Of a DNA stretch of 56,984 bases, positions 49,125 through 56,984 are shown one piece after another. The stretch lies in the IMG/VR virus record IMGVR_UViG_3300005326_000011, positions 1-56,984 of that record; one strand, 5' to 3'. A model generated the notes under the pieces. The model was not told the DNA's origin and did not search any database. It saw nothing but the letters and a program-made list of their open reading frames with translations. The position numbers were made by a program, and so were the translations under genes. The DNA comes from a virus. Its lineage: Duplodnaviria; Caudoviricetes. Numbering within the stretch: the stretch's first letter is position 1; the number at the start of each line of letters is the position of its first letter.

Positions 49125-49924
49125 AACCTGATCTTTTATTGACACAAATCAAACATGCGGATTATCCAGTCTTTAGGCTTTTTCTTAAAAGACATAGTAA
49201 TTTTTTTAATAAGATTATTGTTTATTTTAGTGAACATAATCGGTTTCCTTATTTTGACCATTTTATTCAAACAGCGATTAAGGAAGATGTTTATGAGATA
49301 TTTGATTATCCAGAGATAGTATTTCTTGATCCAGTTTTGACTGATTGGGGACGTGAGGACTGGCGAAATAAATCAACAAATGAAATGCTTAAGTATTCAA
49401 CTTCAGATTGGGTTTGTTCGGTGGAGCAGGATTTTTTTGCAAAAGATTGGGATAAGTTGTTAAGTAGTGTAGGTGAGGCTATGAAGACATATGATTTAGT
49501 TGGTTGGTGGCAGGAGAATAATAAATACATTCATCCGTCATTTTGGTTTATAAAGCGAGAATTACTTGAGAAGACAAATAAAGATTTTTCAGCTCGTGAC
49601 GGACATGACCATTTTGGTTGGATTACAAAAGATGTTGAGAGATTGGGTGGTAAAATTAAATCTACTCAAGATATGGGATTTAAGGATTTTGAAAATTGTT
49701 TCCATTTAGGAGGAGTTAATCAGAATTATCTTGAGGGATTAAAGCCTGAATTTGTATTTCATAGACCTGATTGGTTTTATATCTATAACTATTGGTGTCG
49801 CAAGGCAGACGTTATGCAATCTCCGTTGTTTACAGAGATATCATTAAAAGTTGAGGATAGACTAAAGAAAATGTTTCCTCAAATTAATCCAGAGACAGAC
49901 AATCGGGCTATATATTTTAAATGA
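49121..49924 (+). CDS. GT-A-like glycosyltransferase paralog 5
   Basis: HADYP, DWR, VEQDFF, HPSF and FHLGG. Confidence 0.6.
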   Translation: MKPDLLLTQIKHADYPVFRLFLKRHSNFFNKIIVYFSEHNRFPYFDHFIQTAIKEDVYEIFDYPEIVFLDPVLTDWGREDWRNKSTNEMLKYSTSDWVCSVEQDFFAKDWDKLLSSVGEAMKTYDLVGWWQENNKYIHPSFWFIKRELLEKTNKDFSARDGHDHFGWITKDVERLGGKIKSTQDMGFKDFENCFHLGGVNQNYLEGLKPEFVFHRPDWFYIYNYWCRKADVMQSPLFTEISLKVEDRLKKMFPQINPETDNRAIYFK

Positions 49925-50661
49925 ATATAACACTTTTAACAGTTTGGCCAACCCATGCAGATTATCCAATATTTAGGCGTTGGCTTGAGAGAAATAGAAA
50001 CAAATTTCATCATTGTATCATGGCGTTAAGTGATGCAAAACATCCTCGCAATATCTCAAATGATTTAAAACAACTATTTGTTAAGTTGAAAGTTCAGTGG
50101 ACTGACCCACCTACAGTTGGGGGGACAGATGATTGGCGAAGCAAGGCAATAAACTCGGCTTATTATCAGATAAAAGGAGACTGGATATTATTTATGGAGC
50201 AGGACTTTTTCATTAAAGATAAGGCATTAGATTTGATTTTATTACAAGCTGAAAAATATGATGGAATTGTATATAAAGAGGGAGAGAGGCTACATCCAGC
50301 ATTTCTTTTGGTTCGTAAATCAATAGCTGATAAAACTTCCAAAGACTTTGCTGTAGTTAGGGATAAATTTGATCATTTTTATACCTTTATTCAAGAGATA
50401 ATGAAAATGGGGAAGATTATTACATTAAATGACATTGGATTGAAAAATAATGAAGATTATTATCATATGTCAGGGCTTACTCAAAATTACCATATGTTTA
50501 GTCTTGGACAAACACCAACTCATTTGAATGAATTTTTACAGTACAATTATTACTGTATGGATGTTATATCACAAGTTGAACCATTTTATTATGTTTTATG
50601 TCAAATTAATCAAAAATTGGGTCGTGGAATTGAAAATCAAATTACAAGTTTTTTTAAATAA
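49921..50661 (+). CDS. GT-A-like glycosyltransferase paralog 6
   Basis: HADYP, DWR, MEQDFF, HPAF and YYHMSG. Confidence 0.6.
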   Translation: MNITLLTVWPTHADYPIFRRWLERNRNKFHHCIMALSDAKHPRNISNDLKQLFVKLKVQWTDPPTVGGTDDWRSKAINSAYYQIKGDWILFMEQDFFIKDKALDLILLQAEKYDGIVYKEGERLHPAFLLVRKSIADKTSKDFAVVRDKFDHFYTFIQEIMKMGKIITLNDIGLKNNEDYYHMSGLTQNYHMFSLGQTPTHLNEFLQYNYYCMDVISQVEPFYYVLCQINQKLGRGIENQITSFFK

Positions 50662-50665
50662 AATT

Positions 50666-51157
50666 ATGAGTAATAGGAAAATAAAATTTCATCATAAGAA
50701 AAGATGGACTGATAAAGAACTTAATATTTTAAGGATATATTATCCTATTTATGGATTTAAAAAGGTATCAGAATTGACTGGTAGACAAAGAGGATCTATA
50801 AATAAGATAGCAACAAGATTTAAAATAAAAGTAGATTATTCTATATTTAGTCATCCAACAAAAGGAAAAAAGAGATATAATCTTTGTAATGAAAGAAATG
50901 GACAATGGAAGGGTGATAAGGTTGGATATACAGCCCTTCATAATTATGTTAAAAGAAGATTAAAAAGACCTATTATTTGTCAAAAATGTTTAAAAATTTC
51001 ACGTGTTGATTTAGCAAATATAAGTGGAAAATATAAAAGAGATTTATCAGATTGGGAGTGGTTATGTCGTAAATGTCATATGGAAAAAGATGGTAGACTT
51101 TATAAATTGGTTAAAACAAATCATAAAAAATATGATGTACTGCAACCTTTGCTCTAA
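50666..51157 (+). CDS. HTH plus HNH/His-Cys endonuclease, same family as 40283
   Basis: RWTDKEL, QWKGD.VGY.ALH, CQKC and DWEWLCRKCH. Confidence 0.8.
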   Translation: MSNRKIKFHHKKRWTDKELNILRIYYPIYGFKKVSELTGRQRGSINKIATRFKIKVDYSIFSHPTKGKKRYNLCNERNGQWKGDKVGYTALHNYVKRRLKRPIICQKCLKISRVDLANISGKYKRDLSDWEWLCRKCHMEKDGRLYKLVKTNHKKYDVLQPLL

Positions 51158-51605
51158 TTTTGTAGAAACAGTTCAAACGCCAGTTGAGCTTCGGGCGCAT
51201 ATTAAACAAATTCATACTCAAGCAAGACTTGATGCTTTTAAAATTCCAGCTTCTAAACTCAAAGAGATTGAAGCAACTAAATCTAATGAAACACCGCTTT
51301 CTGAAAGAAAGATAGTAGTTCAAGAGGGTCAGGCTCCAAAAGTAATAGATGTACCACTTCCACCAACTCCAATTACTCTTGATTATAAATATAGTGGGCA
51401 GTGTCCTGATTGTCGGTGTGAAGTAAAGACATTACAAGTTAAACTTGGTAATGATTTAATTATAGTTTGCTACTGTCTATCGTGTGATAAAAAGATAACA
51501 GAGCAAATTGTTTTTCCAATAGATGTTCAAATTCAACTTATTCAAAAAGCCCAAAGCGTGGGAGATAGTAACTCAGGTGCTTCTGATGTTAAAAAGAGAA
51601 GCTAA
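51132..51605 (+). CDS. Zinc-finger protein (C2H2-like plus Cys4)
   Basis: CNLC..H...H and CPDC..CLSC. Confidence 0.55.
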   Translation: MMYCNLCSNFVETVQTPVELRAHIKQIHTQARLDAFKIPASKLKEIEATKSNETPLSERKIVVQEGQAPKVIDVPLPPTPITLDYKYSGQCPDCRCEVKTLQVKLGNDLIIVCYCLSCDKKITEQIVFPIDVQIQLIQKAQSVGDSNSGASDVKKRS

Positions 51606-52281
51606 AATAGGAATTAGTACTCTTGAGCTTAATCAGATGGCTGAAAAACTTATTCTTGAGCTTGGTGGTATACCATATAATAAAGGATATAAACCCTCAT
51701 GGGCAAAGTCTGCTTATCCATATGCAACCTGTATTGGTGTGAATGAATGTATCGCTCATGGATTTCCAACGACCTATAATCTAAAAGATGGTGATTTAGT
51801 ATCATTTGATTTAGGGGTTAAAAAGGATGGATTATGTGGTGATGGGGCAATAACTATACCCATTGGTAATATTAGCAGACAAGATGAGAGATTGCTAAGG
51901 ATTGCCTATAATAGTTTAATAGCTGGACTTTCTAAGGTTAAAGCTGGAGCGTTTATTCGAGATATTTCGTCAGAAATGGAGGGAGTTGCACTGCGACAAG
52001 ATTTTGTTGTTAATAAGATATTTATGGGTCATGGTATAGGAAAGGACATGCATGAAGCCCCAAACATACCAAATTATTATATATATAAAAATGAAGAACA
52101 ATTGATTGAGGGGCAAATGATTTGTCTTGAACCAATGGTTACTAAAAAAGATAATTGCGGGATATATATAAATGACTGGACTGTTATAACTCGTGATGGA
52201 AAAAAATCAGCAGTTTTTGAAGTTCAGGTAAAGGTGGAAAAAAACGGATATAAATTACTTACAACTCATCTTAATGGCTAA
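51523..52281 (+). CDS. map: Methionine aminopeptidase type I
   Basis: CIGVNE.IAHG.P, DGDLVSFDLG, GD.A.T, GHGIG..MHE.P and LEPM; the usual EH motif reads EV. Confidence 0.9.
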   Translation: MFKFNLFKKPKAWEIVTQVLLMLKREAKIGISTLELNQMAEKLILELGGIPYNKGYKPSWAKSAYPYATCIGVNECIAHGFPTTYNLKDGDLVSFDLGVKKDGLCGDGAITIPIGNISRQDERLLRIAYNSLIAGLSKVKAGAFIRDISSEMEGVALRQDFVVNKIFMGHGIGKDMHEAPNIPNYYIYKNEEQLIEGQMICLEPMVTKKDNCGIYINDWTVITRDGKKSAVFEVQVKVEKNGYKLLTTHLNG

Positions 52282-53329
52282 TATATTTATTGATCTTCAT
52301 CATTCTGGACTTGCCTATTCATTTTACTTAACTTTGGAAAAACGATTAGGCCATAAGATATATTTTCCAATTGGAATGGAATGGGAACAATCTGGTTATT
52401 GGTTACTTCATAAACCATATAACTATAATAAAGATACAGCTCGTCAATATTTGGATTTGCGAGATTGTTATATTCCGTCAGATGGGACGCCCCCATTAAC
52501 AACTATTGACAAGAAACTCTCAACTCATTTTGAAATTAAAGACCTTGCCCATAACTACATAAGAAAACATTTAACCCTTGAACAGTTTAAACAAATGGAC
52601 ATAGATATTATAATTGCTTCAATTCCAGACCATGCTCACTCATTTTCAAAACTACTATTGGAATGTAAGCCAAAAGCTAAACTTGTATTTCAGATGGGCA
52701 ATATGTTTAATGAAGTTTACGATTTAATAAAATTAGAAGTTATAAAAAATCTATTAGCTTCAACTGTCAAATTTAATACTCCCAATAAGATTAATGTATG
52801 TTTTTATCATCAAGAGATAGATACAGACATATTTAAGCCCATAGAGCCTCAAAAAAGCAATATAATTTCATCTTTTGTAATAGGATTGCCAAAAGAACAA
52901 GAATTTTTAAATTATAAAAATGCTCTTCAACAATTTGATTTCAGGGCTTATGCTTCAAAATACTATCCCTTTATATCAACAATTTCAGAATTAGCGTCTC
53001 TTATGGTAAAATCACGCTTTGGTTATCATGTTAAACCACGGGGAGACGGATTTGGGCATATTATTTATAACTGGGCATATATAGGACGCCCAATAATCAC
53101 TCATTTTTGTGATTATAAAGATAAACTGGCAGGGGAATTGCTTGAGGATAATATAACAGCCATTGACCTTGATAATGGGACTATTGAGGAAAATAGTAAA
53201 CGAATTGCAAGTATTACAGACAATCAATATTTTAAAATGATAAGTAATATAAATAATAGAATTAGTTCAATCATAGATTATAAAATGGACGCAATCAATA
53301 TTAATAATTTTTTTAATAATTTAATTTAA
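52274..53329 (+). CDS. GT-B-like glycosyltransferase
   Basis: IDTDIFKP and GYHVKPRGDGFGH..GRPII. Confidence 0.7.
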   Translation: MANIFIDLHHSGLAYSFYLTLEKRLGHKIYFPIGMEWEQSGYWLLHKPYNYNKDTARQYLDLRDCYIPSDGTPPLTTIDKKLSTHFEIKDLAHNYIRKHLTLEQFKQMDIDIIIASIPDHAHSFSKLLLECKPKAKLVFQMGNMFNEVYDLIKLEVIKNLLASTVKFNTPNKINVCFYHQEIDTDIFKPIEPQKSNIISSFVIGLPKEQEFLNYKNALQQFDFRAYASKYYPFISTISELASLMVKSRFGYHVKPRGDGFGHIIYNWAYIGRPIITHFCDYKDKLAGELLEDNITAIDLDNGTIEENSKRIASITDNQYFKMISNINNRISSIIDYKMDAININNFFNNLI

Positions 53330-53332
53330 CAA

Positions 53333-53623
53333 TTATAATATTTCCCCTTCTTCGTCAACCTGTTGGATTTCAAGACTGCATAACCCGCAAAACTGGTCTT
53401 TACTGTCATCATCTCCCTTTTCAACATCAGGCTTACTACATTCACAATAACGAGTATCATCTATGAATGGCGAAGCCATCCTGTTATCTACTATGGATTG
53501 ACTGTTACCAAACTCATCGACCGCATTTACATCATGTTTTACCATATTTATTTTTTTATTATAATTTATTAATTTTTTAAAATTTATCATTAAAGTTGTT
53601 GACTTTCCTAACTCTAAATCCAT
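53333..53623 (-). CDS. Small Zn-binding hypothetical protein
   Basis: CEC...CGLC; start uncertain. Confidence 0.45.
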   Translation of the reverse strand: MDLELGKSTTLMINFKKLINYNKKINMVKHDVNAVDEFGNSQSIVDNRMASPFIDDTRYCECSKPDVEKGDDDSKDQFCGLCSLEIQQVDEEGEIL

Positions 53624-54224
53624 ATTTATTTTTTTAATTTATAATGGTAAATATTTATCGAATAATTCTTTGTTTTCTTTTTTAACTACTTTTAATTCTT
53701 TTATTAGATTGTCAATCTCTTTTTGTAGTTTATACATTTTGTTATTTAATTCCACTATTTTATTTATTATTTTACTCATATTATTCATTTATTAAACTTG
53801 TAATTTTAAATATTAGCTGTTTAGCTATATTTTCGTATTTCATGCGTAGCTTCCAATCCTGCTCATCTGATAACCATTCGATAGCTTCGTATAAATCACT
53901 AAGTAACCGCCCCATTTTTAGCTTATCTACATTTGTTAGTTCGATCATAGTCTGGTTATATAAAAACTGTTAAAATCTTCAAAAGCATCATATAAGTCCG
54001 CCCAATATGGGTCAAGGTGTACAAGTATGAACCAGTATAGTTTATGTAATTTTTTCATAATTTTGTTTAATTTGTAATTCTATCAACGTATCTTTACCGC
54101 CATATGCAAAAGCTAAACCTAAACATATTTTAAGATATTCAGCCTTAGCATCATTAAGTTTTAATATTTTTATCGCATTTTTTTTTAATTCCTCAAGTTC
54201 TTTTTTCATATATTTAAACTAAAT

Positions 54225-54545
54225 TTATTTAAATAAATTTATAACTCTATCACACTCATTTTTTAATGATAGTAATTTAGTAACCATATCAACAAATTTA
54301 TTATCTTCATAATCAATATTGCATTCATGGTCAAAAGTAATTGTTAAACCCTTTCCTTTATAAGTGGTATAAAAACGGGCTTCAGTCCACCCATCACACT
54401 CCCTTTGTACTTGGGTAGTTCCAAATCCTAACCAGTCTTCATTCTCATTAGTAAAATTATCTATATCTTCAGCCGATATATTGTTTAATTCAATATCATT
54501 TTCTTTTAAATATTTTTTTAATGATACTTTTATTTTATTTTCCAT
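54225..54545 (-). CDS. Early hypothetical protein
   Basis: ORF with AT-rich TTATAAATT leader. Confidence 0.55.
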   Translation of the reverse strand: MENKIKVSLKKYLKENDIELNNISAEDIDNFTNENEDWLGFGTTQVQRECDGWTEARFYTTYKGKGLTITFDHECNIDYEDNKFVDMVTKLLSLKNECDRVINLFK

Positions 54546-54780
54546 ATTTATATATTTAATTTATAATTTTTAACTTTAAACCCGCACTCTTTTAGTAATT
54601 TGTTAACACTATCTCGCTCTGACATATAACCCGCCACGCTTTCAAGAGTATCTATATCTCTATACTCCCGATCCAATCTATTTGTTAGATTGTTTTTTTT
54701 GACTTTTTTATAGTCCATATTGTTATTTTAATTTATAACTTCTGACAGTTTATATTGCTATAAACCGCCAAAGCTATCAA

Positions 54781-55104
54781 TTACATTATTCTAATAACCA
54801 CCCCTTCTTTAGCTTCTTTTTCAAAGTAAGCAATCGCATATTTATTTTGTAATTTAATTGCCTTTGCTAAACTCTCATAAGCTAAAAATTCCATTTTCAA
54901 CTCTTTTATAAGATCAGCTGTATGCTCCCCGCCTCTGTATAAAATGGCATTGATTAGATAATCAATACTTTCAATAGCTTTTTTGCTATCGGCATTTTCT
55001 ACCATTTCAATTCCTTGCTGTATAATGTCACAATCGGCATAATTATTAAAACGTCTGGCTCTCTCACTAATCAACATCAACCTGTTGGCTTGTGCTGTAT
55101 TCAT
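54781..55104 (-). CDS. Early hypothetical protein
   Basis: ORF flanked by hairpins. Confidence 0.55.
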   Translation of the reverse strand: MNTAQANRLMLISERARRFNNYADCDIIQQGIEMVENADSKKAIESIDYLINAILYRGGEHTADLIKELKMEFLAYESLAKAIKLQNKYAIAYFEKEAKEGVVIRIM

Positions 55105-55280
55105 AATTAAAATATAAATTTATAATAACTAAATTGTACGGGTCAATAGTTTTACGCATTAGTAAAACTTATTGACTTTGATTAAAGTTATCGCATTTGA
55201 CTACTTGTAATCGCCGTACAATCTAGTTATTATTGATTGCATTTACAAGCTGGTATTGTTGTCAATACCGCTTGTCTTGA

Positions 55281-55493
55281 TTAGATTAGAAAATCTGCTA
55301 ATTCTGTATCATTGTTTATATAGTCCATATTGCCATTCTCTAAGTCGGGATTGATTTCATTTTCAAATGTTTTTTCTTTATCTTGTTTTTTGCCTTCAAT
55401 AATATGCTTATCACAATAACCAATCCAACGCCCGAAGTGAGTCATTTCATTCTGACAATAACCGCTTTTTAATCTAATATCACAAGTAGCCAT
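55281..55493 (-). CDS. Early hypothetical protein
   Basis: Cys/His pattern; flanked by hairpins. Confidence 0.5.
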   Translation of the reverse strand: MATCDIRLKSGYCQNEMTHFGRWIGYCDKHIIEGKKQDKEKTFENEINPDLENGNMDYINNDTELADFLI

Positions 55494-55803
55494 ATAATCA
55501 AAACTATCAAGCGAAATTTATAATAAAACCGCTTGAGAGCTTGTATCTGCAATCAATCTCAAATTGTTAAGGTGCTATATATAGACAAGTAGTATTTATT
55601 AAATACCTTCTTAACTTTCGTTAAGATATCTCGGCCTTTGACTATCATTTTATTGATACTGTTAAACCAACGCTTAACAGGTGTCCCCGCTTTTTGATTG
55701 AATAACCGTTTGACACTTTCTCTATTGCTTCTGTTATTCACGGGCTGTCTATATATTTTTAAAGTGCTAATAATATATCATTACAATATATTATCATAAC
55801 TTC

Positions 55804-55832
55804 ATTATATAGTAGTATTTATAACTTGTCAA
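55804..55832 (-). promoter_or_regulatory. Consensus early sigma70 promoter
   Basis: TTGACA-N17-TATAAT on the minus strand. Confidence 0.75.
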
Positions 55833-56439
55833 GGGCATTATGTATCATTATCATATACTACTCTTATCTGGAGTATGTATTGAGTATGTAAAGTTAAATT
55901 TTATTTTTTGCTATCCCCATATAATAGAGGGGATTAAAAAAATAGGGTATAGCTAACAAGGGTTAAAAAACATGAACTAAAAACTCCATAAAGGATAGTA
56001 AAAAGGACAATGATATCCCCAGCATAGTAATAAGATATAAGAGGACATAATACAAGGACAACAAGACAAGATAAGCGAGCGAGGGCGAGCATATTATCTC
56101 ATTTACATTGTTATAACAATCTAAATCGTATTATAATGTAAATAGGCATATAACGTCGTAAATGAATGAATTTACGACGTTGTTATTAGTAATTCTTATC
56201 TGGTAGTAGTATAATTATGTATCTTTATATTGTTATAGGTTATATATCATAGTTATATATATGTTTTATATGTATATATATCAGGGAAAGGAGGTAGGCA
56301 ACCTTGAAAAGTTACCCTTTATAAATAAAGAAAAAATAAGACAGTCACCCACATTCACAAAACCATATAATAACCCACCAGATATGAAAACCCAAGAAGG
56401 GGAGTAAAAAATCCATTTAGGGAAGTACGAGAAGTAGAT

Positions 56440-56476
56440 TTGATAGTTGTGTATAACGTGTGTATACTGTGTGTAT
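56440..56476 (+). promoter_or_regulatory. Leaderless promoter overlapped by three TGTGTAT repeats at 11-bp spacing
   Basis: TTGATA-N17-TATACT; repeats at 56448, 56459 and 56470; ATG at 56475. Confidence 0.65.
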
Positions 56477-56879
56477 GAGAATAAATGTAAGTATTGATGA
56501 TAAACTCCTGATAGAATTTGATAAATATTGCTCTATTTTTAATTATAATCGAAGTGAACTTTTAAGTAAATTAATGAGAGATGTTGTGTATAACATACAC
56601 ACGGATATACCTAAAGATACACACACTTTACACACAGAGAATATACCTATTAAAAAAATGATTAAGAATGGAAATGAAATACATATAGAAACTGGTACTA
56701 TGCCTGTAGAGAATAAATCTATTGGATATTGCTCACTTCACTTTGATGTCTTGGGAAAGCGGGAGTTGACGCTTATTTCGTGGGAAGATGAGAATGGTAA
56801 TTTGGTGGTTGATAAAAAGATGGTATGCCCCGATTGTGTTGAGAAGTATAAAAATTTAGGGCGGGGAAAGATTTTATGA
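56475..56879 (+). CDS. Ribbon-helix-helix (CopG/NikR-like) regulator with C-terminal Cys/His cluster
   Basis: MRINVSIDDKLLIEFD...NRSELLSKLMR; CSLH..CPDC. Confidence 0.75.
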   Translation: MRINVSIDDKLLIEFDKYCSIFNYNRSELLSKLMRDVVYNIHTDIPKDTHTLHTENIPIKKMIKNGNEIHIETGTMPVENKSIGYCSLHFDVLGKRELTLISWEDENGNLVVDKKMVCPDCVEKYKNLGRGKIL

Positions 56880-56984
56880 GTACTATTTTAATGTTTTCAA
56901 AAAAAGGGGATAAGATTTTAATTAAAGTTGATGAGGAGCCAGGTGAGATTTGGGCTCAGCTTAACTTTATTCATTTGGATCCAA
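56862..56984. repeat. Terminal direct repeat, copy of 1-123
   Basis: Exact match by eye. Confidence 0.95.

Noticed and set aside
1-56984. Alternative genetic code (stop-codon reassignment)
   Set aside because: Long genes are intact in code 11 and TAA, TAG and TGA all end genes at sensible junctions; the capsid break is explained by the intron.

Overview
Apparently complete, circularly assembled AT-rich tailed phage genome of about 56.9 kb; nt 1-123 are repeated at 56862-56984. The virion module looks podovirus-like (P22/T7-style adaptor, nozzle and ejection proteins, no tape measure). Layout: + strand packaging, structure and lysis (56475 through the join to 27263); - strand accessory genes (27256-38107); a ~14 kb + strand glycan-synthesis cassette (39168-53329); - strand small early genes and a non-coding control region (53333-56460). 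No integrase, DNA polymerase, primase, helicase or replication initiator was recognised. Main highlights: (1) a terminase intein whose central domain is the antisense shadow of an intact HNH endonuclease gene with its own promoter; (2) a 225-nt group I intron splitting the major capsid gene, missed by the ORF track; (3) three copies of a promoter, conserved leader and terminator element before late operons, suggesting an unknown antitermination system; (4) ten glycosyltransferase-like genes plus sugar-tailoring enzymes; (5) several structured RNAs, leaderless genes and HNH insertion scars. All product calls come from reading motifs by eye; no database search was run.
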